From: a virus
Virus record (IMG/VR): IMGVR_UViG_3300021197_000868
Span: 32,001-96,000 of that record
DNA length: 64,000 nucleotides
Direction: 5' to 3' (one strand)
The position numbers and the translations under genes were made by a program. Below are positions 50,567-59,472 of the stretch, piece after piece. The notes beneath the pieces are model-generated. The model did no database searches. It saw nothing but the letters and a program-made list of their open reading frames with translations, and was not told the DNA's origin. Each line of letters starts with the position of its first letter. Position 1 is the first letter of the stretch.

Positions 50567-51526
50567 TCACTCCATAACATAGTCGCCCATCCATGCGGGG
50601 CACTTCTCCATAAAATCACACCAACCGCATAGCACGCCTTTTTTAGCGGGGAAGTCTCTTGTTAAATGAGCATCCACAATAGCCGTAAGACGTTTCTCAA
50701 TGGTCTTAGGTGCATAGCGACCACCGGGGCCGTTGACTGGTTCGTAATCCCATACAGGTCCATCTCCTCCATTGATACCACCACCGGGGAATTGCCATCC
50801 CCATCCTACCACTGGTAGGTATTCCATATGAGGGCTATGCTCTAGCATCATACGATAGAATTGCATTTCTGCTCGCATCTGTGATGGTTTGTATTTAGTC
50901 CACTTACCAGTCTTTAATTCCATTAGGATGATGCCTTGTTTATCATCATCCAAGAACATACGGTCAATGAATCCCTTCATGTGTATAGGAACTTCTGTAC
51001 CATCGGTAGCAGTAACTATACGAGTGGCGTGAATCTCAGCCTCATTACCTACTGGGAACCAGTCTTTAATCTCATCACGCTCGCAGTTACACAACCTTTC
51101 AAACTGCCATTTCACGTAGAGTCTAAGTTGCTCAGGCTCACCGTAAATGTAAGGTTCAGGAGGGCGTGGTAATGTATCAACACATAGACTGTGTGCTTTA
51201 TCTTTCTGCCCTGCTTCTATCAAGTCATAGACATCATTAACCACATCAGCCATAGCCTTCCACCAATACTCAACAGCGTCGTGAACATTAGACCCTCGGA
51301 TATGATAGTCTTGCTCCTCACCACGTAAACCAAGAATGCTTGAAAAGTAATACTGTTGAGGGCAGGTGTTGAACGTACCTGATGATGACTTGGTAACTCT
51401 TAGAATCTTATCCATCATATCAGGGTCCCAAGCATAGGTGCTCTTGTCATAAGATTTGAGTAGAACTTTGTGCTCGTAAGCATCACGCTCATTGTTACCA
51501 CCTTCAGGGTTAGGATTGTACCTCAT
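50567..51526 (-). CDS. Cas4-like PD-(D/E)XK nuclease with an Fe-S cluster
   Basis: CPQQY, GSNVH, GFIDR, ELKTG, QFY, CGWCDFMEKC. No CRISPR array or cas operon nearby. Confidence 0.85.
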   Translation of the reverse strand: MRYNPNPEGGNNERDAYEHKVLLKSYDKSTYAWDPDMMDKILRVTKSSSGTFNTCPQQYYFSSILGLRGEEQDYHIRGSNVHDAVEYWWKAMADVVNDVYDLIEAGQKDKAHSLCVDTLPRPPEPYIYGEPEQLRLYVKWQFERLCNCERDEIKDWFPVGNEAEIHATRIVTATDGTEVPIHMKGFIDRMFLDDDKQGIILMELKTGKWTKYKPSQMRAEMQFYRMMLEHSPHMEYLPVVGWGWQFPGGGINGGDGPVWDYEPVNGPGGRYAPKTIEKRLTAIVDAHLTRDFPAKKGVLCGWCDFMEKCPAWMGDYVME

Positions 51527-51759
51527 TCTTCCTCATCTCCTAATTTCTCTAGTCTACTTCTGCGAGGGAATACCGCTTTAGGAGTAGGTGAATCTATACT
51601 GTAGAACACGTCCCATCCCCTAGTAACATTCCTAAGTAAGTCACCACTTACTACACCCGCTACTCCATGAACGTCTATCGCTTGATACCATATCATACTA
51701 GTTGGTATCTTTTCTATGTCTATGTGCTTGTGTGGGCCTATGTGTAATCTGTATTTCAT
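51523..51759 (-). CDS. Hypothetical protein
   Basis: GGAGTG RBS; coupled ORF. Confidence 0.5.
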   Translation of the reverse strand: MKYRLHIGPHKHIDIEKIPTSMIWYQAIDVHGVAGVVSGDLLRNVTRGWDVFYSIDSPTPKAVFPRRSRLEKLGDEEE

Positions 51760-51808
51760 TATTCATCACTCCATATATCGTAATACATAACTAAATCATC
51801 TCCATCTC

Positions 51809-52072
51809 TCATGCTTGACCACCGCCGTGTCTTGCGCAGTAATAGGGCTTAACATTATTAGCCTCAAGTCTGCAATCAGACCCATCCTTGTTTCCATGTC
51901 TACAAGGGACTCTTGAGAACTTTTTCTTTACTGATGAGGGAGTGTGTTTTTTACATACGAGTAGGTTCCCTCTATCTGTATCTATACTTCTATATTCTCC
52001 GTGTTCTAGTTCACCGTAGAAGAAAATAGTTTCACTACAGTAAGCACAATCTAAAAAGAAATCTCTACTCAT
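51809..52072 (-). CDS. Small Cys-rich zinc-finger protein
   Basis: Start MSRDFFLDC at 52072; CAYC..CKKH, C..C..CARH. Confidence 0.55.
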   Translation of the reverse strand: MSRDFFLDCAYCSETIFFYGELEHGEYRSIDTDRGNLLVCKKHTPSSVKKKFSRVPCRHGNKDGSDCRLEANNVKPYYCARHGGGQA

Positions 52073-52251
52073 TCTACCATCTCCAGTAATTTCTCGGTGT
52101 ATACCGCCGCATCCATCAACTCTTCTTGTAGATGTACAAGCCATTCACGCATGGATAGAATCTCTTCCTCCATAGTCACGCCATACTTTTTCTTTCCTAC
52201 ATCAGACCTAGCCTTAATTTTCTTGCATACATTATCTTCTATTTTACTCAT
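52069..52251 (-). CDS. Small helical phage protein, all-alpha NTP-pyrophosphatase-like
   Basis: RSDVGKKKYG...WLVHLQEELMDAAVY (EExxD motif). Confidence 0.5.
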   Translation of the reverse strand: MSKIEDNVCKKIKARSDVGKKKYGVTMEEEILSMREWLVHLQEELMDAAVYTEKLLEMVE

Positions 52252-52255
52252 GTTA

Positions 52256-54631
52256 TCACCAATATGTTTTAGGGACTATATCCCCCGCTGCCGCTTCTAT
52301 AGACCACCCTACACTTTCGTATAAGCGCATTAGTTTACGCTTCACGAAGGTATCTAGTATCTTATCCCAGTCGACTATGAAATTATCTAATTCTTCTATG
52401 TCTCTAAACGCTACATATTTTACAGGGAGACTCTCACCATTTAGTTTGTAATAGTCAGGAGTGCCTTCTTTGACTCCCTTGACGTAAGTCCATGTCACGC
52501 TGTCTCCTTCTCTCCACTTCTCACCATCGCAGTGTTGATTGTAATACAAAGCAGCCCTTGCGCCATTGGTAGGCTTAGAATACTTATCAGGTGCTTTTGT
52601 TAATCTGTTAGAGGACACTACATGACTCATAGGTATATCACCACTCTTAACAGAGAGCGATATGGTTCTCAGGGTTTCAGTAACCTCTTCCTCTTCTGCG
52701 CCATGTCCTATTAGTTTCATGGCTGTCTCTTGAATCTGTTTAGTAATAGGCGCTGAACTAGATGCTTTCATCTCATAACCTGAAACTTTCAATTGCCCCG
52801 CTTCACTAGGAGGCCAAGTCTTGTAACCAAAGTATCTATTCTTGACAGACGCAGTAGTCCAGTAATCGAAATATGTTTCTAACTCTACATCCATATGCGA
52901 AAGGTCTAGTTTAGTTCGGGCTGTCTCGGTAAGATGTTCAGCGAGAGCCTTAGCCTCATCGAATGGAACTTGAATGAATGCTGAATCTGTGTGACCGAAT
53001 AGTGACTTGTAACCCATCTCTTCGCTTTCAGACAATAGATGCCTGATAGACTCACGAGCCCTGAAAGTGATAGCAGATGCTATGTCATTATCAATCCACA
53101 TACCCTGTATCTCTTTCATACCAGTCATACCGTAAAGAGCGTTCACAGCAACCTTCGCTGCCATTTGAAGCATGTTGTAACCAAGGCGCTCCTCCTCTGT
53201 CTTAGACTCACGCATGAGGCGTTTGTACTCCTTACGTAACTCTAGCATTTCTTCTACGATAGACGGTAGTAAACCCTTCTTTGTTTGGTCCCAGTGTGTA
53301 CCGTTACCTAGGCTCTTAATACCCGGCCCCGGCCCATCACGCTTAGATTCGTAAGAGAGATTGTCGGAGAGAATGATGTTAGGATATAGCGAGGCGTAGT
53401 CTACTAGAGCCACGCCTCTATGACGACCCATAATTGGGTCAGGAATGTAAGCAGCCTCTAAGTCTTCTCTCGAAGTTTTACGAGAACTAGGGGCCTTCTC
53501 TTCTGTGCGCCTACCTACTAGACCACGGAAGTAACGTGTAACCTTGTGAGTGCTCCCCCACGATACACCTGCTAATTGCTGCATAGCCACGAAGAAATCA
53601 ATAGCATTTAGTCGCTCACTGATGCTGCTTAATAAGGTGGTGTCCCGTAGACAGTAATCCACGAAATCATCATAGTATTCTTCCCACCCATTGAAGACAG
53701 TCATACCTTCTACTTCATCAGTTAGTTTGGAACCTAGTTCCAGTAAACCGGCAATCGTGTTTAGTTTACGATTAGGTAGTTGTCCACGGCCTGACTTCTG
53801 CCATAGAGTTTCAAAGCCACTACCGCTTTCCCATCTAGCGGCTGAGTCCCAACATATCCTACCTCTAATCGGTTGTTGAGTTTCTTTGTAACCGTTCTCT
53901 TTGAAGGGTTTTATCGCTGTATTGATTGGTGATAGCCTGTTAGGGTCTTTGAGTCTCTTCATTAAGTGTGGTAAATCAGCCCACATGAGAGCGTGCGCTA
54001 CTAGAATATCAGGGTCACATGCTTCCATGTGCTGAAGGAATCCTTCGTGCATAGCCGCTTCGCTACCATACTCATGTAGCATGTAGCCTCCCTCTCGCTC
54101 AATGAAGTTAACACTCATCGTCTTCACTTCAGGCTTCCAAGCGAATACCATAGGTACATCAGCATGTGAATCTACTACCGCCATAACAGTAGTGAATGGA
54201 TTATTCTTATCGGTATTCCATTCAAGGTCAAAGTACCATACTCTAGGGTGAAACACTGGTAACTTATCGGGGTACTTATCTAATAGGATTTGGTCAAGGT
54301 AATGTAAGTCTGCTTCATAAGTAGGGAGGATTGCTTTAACTTCCCATAACTCATTAGGTTTGTCTACCTCTAACTTGATTAGTGCTATTCCATCACGGCC
54401 TCTAGCCTTACACTTAGGATGGAGTGTGGCTGCCGGATGACGGTTACTCAACCTATCGAGTTTCCACTGAGGGAGATTAGAAGGAATCCAGCAGAAGGGG
54501 CGAACATAACCCTCATCGTCAGGGTGTATGGTAGTGACATCTAACTTACCATCCTTATCTCTAGTTCTAAGGTATAGTGAGGGCGCTCCAAAAGAGTCTG
54601 ACCATTCAGGGTAATACCAGTCTACTATCAT
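52256..54631 (-). CDS. polB: Family B DNA polymerase
   Basis: Exonuclease motifs FDLE and YCLRD; polymerase motifs DYASLYPNI, KVAVNALYG, FGHTDS, KNRYFG. Confidence 0.95.
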   Translation of the reverse strand: MIVDWYYPEWSDSFGAPSLYLRTRDKDGKLDVTTIHPDDEGYVRPFCWIPSNLPQWKLDRLSNRHPAATLHPKCKARGRDGIALIKLEVDKPNELWEVKAILPTYEADLHYLDQILLDKYPDKLPVFHPRVWYFDLEWNTDKNNPFTTVMAVVDSHADVPMVFAWKPEVKTMSVNFIEREGGYMLHEYGSEAAMHEGFLQHMEACDPDILVAHALMWADLPHLMKRLKDPNRLSPINTAIKPFKENGYKETQQPIRGRICWDSAARWESGSGFETLWQKSGRGQLPNRKLNTIAGLLELGSKLTDEVEGMTVFNGWEEYYDDFVDYCLRDTTLLSSISERLNAIDFFVAMQQLAGVSWGSTHKVTRYFRGLVGRRTEEKAPSSRKTSREDLEAAYIPDPIMGRHRGVALVDYASLYPNIILSDNLSYESKRDGPGPGIKSLGNGTHWDQTKKGLLPSIVEEMLELRKEYKRLMRESKTEEERLGYNMLQMAAKVAVNALYGMTGMKEIQGMWIDNDIASAITFRARESIRHLLSESEEMGYKSLFGHTDSAFIQVPFDEAKALAEHLTETARTKLDLSHMDVELETYFDYWTTASVKNRYFGYKTWPPSEAGQLKVSGYEMKASSSAPITKQIQETAMKLIGHGAEEEEVTETLRTISLSVKSGDIPMSHVVSSNRLTKAPDKYSKPTNGARAALYYNQHCDGEKWREGDSVTWTYVKGVKEGTPDYYKLNGESLPVKYVAFRDIEELDNFIVDWDKILDTFVKRKLMRLYESVGWSIEAAAGDIVPKTYW

Positions 54632-54635
54632 ACGC

Positions 54636-55391
54636 TCACGCACGCTGGTCTACTACTACAAGCAGGTCTTCACCTTGCTCGACTACAAAGACTGTGTTAC
54701 TACCCATGTGAACTTCAGCAGGGCCTTCCTTCAACAAACCTATACTCTCCATCAACCAAGCACCGTAAGTAGATTCTATAGGTGCATTAGGCCCAACAGG
54801 GTCAGTTAGGGTCACCGTATTGAATAGCCTAGCCTCATGTTTCTTACCTGCTGTAATACAAAGTTCAGACTCACCAGCATTCACTATCACTCTAAAGACA
54901 GGGCTGGCATTTAGAATACCCCTCATCTTTGAAACTGTTAGTAAGTCGGTGACGTTTACAGTACCACCTGCTTCTAAATCAAATGTATGCCACTTAGTCC
55001 ACTGAGAATCTATTGATGTTTCTATTATCTTCTCAATCAAAGGAACTTTACTGTAACTAACTACTGCTGTGCTAGTAGGGAATTGAACCTTAGTAGTACC
55101 TGCATTGATGTAAAGGGTCTTACCAGTACCTAACTGCTTGATGGTGACATTGTCACCCTTAGCAGACTTGAGGAACTTGCATATCTTTTCTAATTCAGTG
55201 AAGTCTATAGTACCCGACTTCTTGACTTCACCTTCTACCTGCTCTACTTTGTGAAAGTAGTGAGACATGAAAGCAACAGTAGAGGACATCTTACCATCGA
55301 GAGCAAAGGTAACCTTCAGGTCACCTACATTCTTACCGAATGAAGATAGGAAAGATAACGCTTGCTTGCGTTTCATTACAACTTCGGACAT
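54636..55391 (-). CDS. Putative sliding clamp (PCNA-like)
   Basis: About 250 aa with a two-domain alpha/beta pattern; adjacent to PolB and near RFC. Confidence 0.55.
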   Translation of the reverse strand: MSEVVMKRKQALSFLSSFGKNVGDLKVTFALDGKMSSTVAFMSHYFHKVEQVEGEVKKSGTIDFTELEKICKFLKSAKGDNVTIKQLGTGKTLYINAGTTKVQFPTSTAVVSYSKVPLIEKIIETSIDSQWTKWHTFDLEAGGTVNVTDLLTVSKMRGILNASPVFRVIVNAGESELCITAGKKHEARLFNTVTLTDPVGPNAPIESTYGAWLMESIGLLKEGPAEVHMGSNTVFVVEQGEDLLVVVDQRA

Positions 55392-55633
55392 CAAATCATA
55401 CCCCTGTATTTTCTAGGCTTAGAGCCCATACCTATCTTCTCTGTAACTTCATGTATGTCCTCATCAAAGTCGATTGGTAACTTACTTTGTGAAGGCGTAG
55501 TGATGTCACCAAACTCACCAAGAGTAGACTGACGTAGCACATGCTTACCACAATGAGGGCATAATCTGTTCGACTGAACAGGAGGCTTATGCTCCATAAC
55601 TTTCTTCCAAAACTTCCATTTCATAATAATCAC
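55391..55633 (-). CDS. Small zinc-ribbon-containing hypothetical protein
   Basis: CPHCG; QSTLGEF resembles a PIP-box-like motif. Confidence 0.45.
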   Translation of the reverse strand: MIIMKWKFWKKVMEHKPPVQSNRLCPHCGKHVLRQSTLGEFGDITTPSQSKLPIDFDEDIHEVTEKIGMGSKPRKYRGMI

Positions 55634-55645
55634 CTAACACAAGGA

Positions 55646-55764
55646 GGGAGAACGGTTAGAGGCAACAAAAAACCCCTTTACACGGAAAACTACAGTAGTT
55701 GGACGGGGGTCTATCTACTGAGGAAACACACCAAGCATAACCGTTTTTATTTGTGCAAACTCCC
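55646..55764. other. Intergenic nested inverted-repeat element (candidate structured RNA or origin)
   Basis: GGGAG/CTCCC, AACGGTTA/TAACCGTT, ACCCC/GGGGT and AACTAC-A-GTAGTT are nested. Confidence 0.45.
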
Positions 55765-55775
55765 ATGTGAATAAA

Positions 55776-56777
55776 TCAGAGTGTGCCATCATATAGTTCG
55801 GGTAATCCAAACCATTGTGGCTCCTGTCCTGCCTCCGTAATTAGAGTAGTTCTTTTCTGACCTTGTAGTCTAGCATTGGTCTTACTCTTTTCAAATGTAA
55901 CTTGGTACTCACTTCTTATCACTTCACCAGTGTCGTCATCTAAAGTGTCCTTACGGTCACAGATTAGTATCTGATAGACAAAGTTGTTACTAGCCTTTTC
56001 CCAGTCAGGTCGCCACGTAGGGTTAGAGTCCTCAGACTTACCCCACGAATAGTTAGTCAACCTCAGGTGAGTCTCCCAAAAGACACGTACACCTGATTTG
56101 ACTAGTCCTCTACATAGACCAGTCAACTGATGGAAACGAGTCTTACGAATAGCCCAGTCCCATTGATGACCTACCTTCTTGTTCCAGTCAGCAGCCTCGA
56201 TGCCATCCTTAGCGATGTTCAAGTCCACGATACGCATACAGTTTACACATACGCTGTCCCATAAGTCTACGCCTGTCACTAAGAATCCCCATAGTCTAGT
56301 ACCCTCATACTCAGGGTCACGTTGTTTATGAGCGATGTCATTAGCGAACTGTGTAATCGACATTACTCTGTCATGAGTAGCCGGGTAGTCGTATGCTGTA
56401 CGGTCACCTTTGGACATAACCCAAGGTTCCCAACATTTGATACCATCTTCTTCACGGTGGAATGCTGACTTGTTAGCAGCGCCTCCACCTTCAAAATCCA
56501 TAATCCATAGTTCCATCTCTAAGTCCTTCTCAGTACGTTCAGGCATAGCCTTCCACTTCCTGTAAGCGTCAGTAACAATAGCAGTCTTGCTAGTGTTATC
56601 GTGACCAGCGATACCCATGAATAGGTGAGTCTGTGGTGCATTGTCCATCATCTGTAGTTCCTTCTGTAGCATAGCGAAAGGGTCACTAGAAGTGCTCTTG
56701 TTAGCAGGAGTTTCTGCAACAACAACCTCTTCTTCTTCTTTCTCCTCAGCCTCTTTTGTCTTACCAAATCCTGCCAT
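55776..56777 (-). CDS. RecA-superfamily (Sak4/AAA_24-like) ATPase
   Basis: Walker A-like GHDNTSKT, IMDFEGG, LVTGVD, FWETH, FEKSK. Confidence 0.55.
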   Translation of the reverse strand: MAGFGKTKEAEEKEEEEVVVAETPANKSTSSDPFAMLQKELQMMDNAPQTHLFMGIAGHDNTSKTAIVTDAYRKWKAMPERTEKDLEMELWIMDFEGGGAANKSAFHREEDGIKCWEPWVMSKGDRTAYDYPATHDRVMSITQFANDIAHKQRDPEYEGTRLWGFLVTGVDLWDSVCVNCMRIVDLNIAKDGIEAADWNKKVGHQWDWAIRKTRFHQLTGLCRGLVKSGVRVFWETHLRLTNYSWGKSEDSNPTWRPDWEKASNNFVYQILICDRKDTLDDDTGEVIRSEYQVTFEKSKTNARLQGQKRTTLITEAGQEPQWFGLPELYDGTL

Positions 56778-56788
56778 TCATAACCACC

Positions 56789-58114
56789 TCATTCAAACTG
56801 GCCTCTACCAGTTTCTCCGCCTGTTGCTCTTCTGCGAATACGCCTTGAATCAGCATACACACCCATGATTTTCAAGTTAGGAATGTCTCTACCATCTTTA
56901 CGCTTGACTGCAATACGACCACACACAAGTACGGTAGAACGCTCAGCATACGGGACTTCTTCGTCTCCTTGGTAAGCAACAAAGGGACTAGTTAAGTCAT
57001 TACATGCGCTTCCAATCCACCCCATCACTTCACGCCCGTCACTGTTACCATGAAGGCTTTGAAGTTCAGTAGATGTTAGGCTCAAAGAGTAGGTACGGCC
57101 ATTCTCATCGTAATCACTATCACGTGCTTCAGATGACAACCTGTTGATTGTACCCTTGGTAAATACTACCGGCCCCGATTTACCCTGTTCACCATTGATA
57201 GTGAAAGAGCGACTACCTGATTCAAAAGCCTCAGTTAAGTCTTCAAGTGGGGTATAGTAACCATGAAGTTCTGTGTCTACCCACATTCTCATTGGGTTTA
57301 GAAGAGGGCGAACCTCCTCAGATACGAAGTCCTCAGTGTATTCGATACTATCTTTTATACCGAGTGATGTACCAAGTACATCTTTGAATCCTTCAGGAGC
57401 CTTATCATTAGGCGGTCTTGCTTCTAGTCTGCAAGATTTACCAATGCGTACTTCCATGTTAGCACTCTCACCTTGACAGTCTAATCTCCATAGTTGAATA
57501 GCATTGTCATTAGTGAACTCTTCTTCGGGAGCACCCAAGAAGAAATAGTTACGACCCATCATACTCATGGCCTTTGGTCTACCGGCCTTAGTGAGTAATA
57601 CAATACGCTCACCGTCTGATATGAAAGAGTGGTCAGGGACTTCATCTGTAGAGAACTCACTGCGCTTCTCACCGTTAGAAGTGTTTAGCATCCACACGCC
57701 TTCACCTTTGGTATAGTGACCTACAAAACCACTTCCAACTGCTGCGCCGGAATCAAGAGTAAAGTCACGCTTTGCTCTCTTCACTAGGTTAGTACGACGG
57801 TCACGTGAGTTAGGCTCTACTCCTACGAACATACCTACGAATGGAATGCCACCGTAGTTACCGCTACCTGAACTTTCGTTACGGGTTTCGATGAGCATTT
57901 GCTCGGCCCAGTCTGTAAGTAAGTCTTCATCCTCATTGGCAGGGTTCTCACATAGATACTCCTTCCCTATGTAGGCTAAGAATTGCTTCTCTACTTCTAC
58001 TAAATCTTTCTTAGTTCTCTCAGCGTACTTGGTTAGTCTTTCAACCACACCTGCTGGTAGTCCTATTGTGCTTGCTTCTACTGTATCTTCCATACTTTCA
58101 TATTCTTCACTCAT
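56789..58114 (-). CDS. Putative RPA-like OB-fold ssDNA-binding protein
   Basis: Acidic and beta-rich with a helical N-terminus; between the ATPase and RFC; OB-like C-terminus (STVLVCGRI..NLKIMGVY). Confidence 0.4.
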   Translation of the reverse strand: MSEEYESMEDTVEASTIGLPAGVVERLTKYAERTKKDLVEVEKQFLAYIGKEYLCENPANEDEDLLTDWAEQMLIETRNESSGSGNYGGIPFVGMFVGVEPNSRDRRTNLVKRAKRDFTLDSGAAVGSGFVGHYTKGEGVWMLNTSNGEKRSEFSTDEVPDHSFISDGERIVLLTKAGRPKAMSMMGRNYFFLGAPEEEFTNDNAIQLWRLDCQGESANMEVRIGKSCRLEARPPNDKAPEGFKDVLGTSLGIKDSIEYTEDFVSEEVRPLLNPMRMWVDTELHGYYTPLEDLTEAFESGSRSFTINGEQGKSGPVVFTKGTINRLSSEARDSDYDENGRTYSLSLTSTELQSLHGNSDGREVMGWIGSACNDLTSPFVAYQGDEEVPYAERSTVLVCGRIAVKRKDGRDIPNLKIMGVYADSRRIRRRATGGETGRGQFE

Positions 58115-59018
58115 TGTGTTCAACCTCCTTCTTCAGTCGAGCCACTAGGCAGTCGACGAAGGAATAGGAACCGATAGGCCACTCGTACATGTGTGGAACC
58201 ATCTCACCTAACACGGCCATTACCGTGAAGGTTGTATCTGAATCCATCTCAATAAAAGATGTTAAGTTGTTGTGGAATGAACGCATGACCTGAGTAATAG
58301 TATGTCCTCGGTCTAGCATTCTATAGAGGGATGAACGCATGTCAAGCCATTGACTTCCCATAGCAGCCAGTGCTGCTGCTGATGCGTTGTTCTCTTCTGT
58401 CTTCAATTCGGTTATAGCCTCAGAAGATTCTGCTTGCATCCATTTACTGACTGCTGAGCGCATGTCGCCGCCTGTATGGTAAATGAGATACATGGCTGCA
58501 TCTTCACCTAAGTCTCTGAGTTGCAGTAATCTCTCAGCGCCTTCTTCAGGTGTGATGGGTTTGAACTCATAGCATTCGCATCTGCTCTTGATAGCAGGGC
58601 GAATCTTGCTCACGTCATTAGCAGTGAGAATGAACAGACAATTGTCTGCATTGAGTTCAATGATTTGTCTTGCTGCATCTTGAGCAGCAGGGGTAAGACC
58701 ATCTGCCTCGTCTAACACAATGACTCTTCTAGGAGCGCCTACTGCTTTGACACTGCTCCACTGTTTCAAGTCATTCCTTACGAAGTCAATACCCCTGTCA
58801 TCACTAGCATTTGTGATGACGTAGTTGATAGGGTCATAGAAGTCTCCTAAGACGGAGCGTGCTATGACTCTAGCAGCACTGGTCTTACCTGTACCCGGTG
58901 GACCGTACAAGAGAATAGCGTTAGGCCACTCTTCTTTATCTTCCCAAGAACGAGCATCACTAATGAAGTGAATCTGACCTGCTAGGTCATCTAATGTCAT
59001 TGGTTCAAACTCCATCAT
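58107..59018 (-). CDS. rfcS: Replication factor C small subunit (clamp loader)
   Basis: PMTLDDLAGQ, GPPGTGKT, NASDDRGID, LDEAD, AIKSRC, GGDMR. Confidence 0.92.
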   Translation of the reverse strand: MMEFEPMTLDDLAGQIHFISDARSWEDKEEWPNAILLYGPPGTGKTSAARVIARSVLGDFYDPINYVITNASDDRGIDFVRNDLKQWSSVKAVGAPRRVIVLDEADGLTPAAQDAARQIIELNADNCLFILTANDVSKIRPAIKSRCECYEFKPITPEEGAERLLQLRDLGEDAAMYLIYHTGGDMRSAVSKWMQAESSEAITELKTEENNASAAALAAMGSQWLDMRSSLYRMLDRGHTITQVMRSFHNNLTSFIEMDSDTTFTVMAVLGEMVPHMYEWPIGSYSFVDCLVARLKKEVEHNE

Positions 59019-59472
59019 CGTCGCCTCCTCTATCTTCTAATCCTGCTTTAAGTAGTGATGCGCTGTATGCCTCGATTTCAGCATCAAATGCTGAAGCCCA
59101 TTCAGTGAAAGTTTCAAAGTCTTTTGGAGGAGGATTATCATATACCCAACAGAACATGTGTAGTCCTTCTTGGTCTGCAAAGAGGGGGCGCAGTGACATC
59201 TTTGAATTGTCTGACATCAGAATGTAAGCCATCCATCTTTGTACTTCATTCTTGGAAGTGTATCGCTCTTTCACTTCAAGACCTGCTACTGATAGAGCGT
59301 CTTCTACAGTGGTGTGTGCTTGTAGTGAAGGCATCTGAGTCCACCTAACACTAGGCTTGACCCTGAAACCTGCTGGTCTGTCGCTGGCTTTTGTTACACT
59401 GACATTGAATGTGACTCCACCTAGAATGTAACCTATACCTAGCCATGTCTCTCGCTCATCATTCTGTATCAT
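59005..59472 (-). CDS. Degenerate LAGLIDADG-fold protein
   Basis: WLGIGYILGGVTFNVSV...GFRVKPSVRWTQ follows the I-CreI-type helix/beta pattern but lacks the acidic catalytic residue. Confidence 0.45.
   Translation of the reverse strand: MIQNDERETWLGIGYILGGVTFNVSVTKASDRPAGFRVKPSVRWTQMPSLQAHTTVEDALSVAGLEVKERYTSKNEVQRWMAYILMSDNSKMSLRPLFADQEGLHMFCWVYDNPPPKDFETFTEWASAFDAEIEAYSASLLKAGLEDRGGDDDGV
59033..59058 (-). promoter_or_regulatory. 26-bp motif copy upstream of the RFC gene
   Basis: 25/26 identical to 63130-63155; the TTAAAG core is ~30 bp before the start codon. Confidence 0.55.

Noticed and set aside
50567-51526. Cas4-like gene as evidence of a CRISPR-Cas system
   Set aside because: No repeat-spacer array or other cas genes seen; solo Cas4-like nucleases are common in archaeal virus replication modules.
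55634-55775. tRNA gene in the intergenic gap
   Set aside because: No cloverleaf or T-loop GTTCRA consensus recognised; kept only as a generic structured element.
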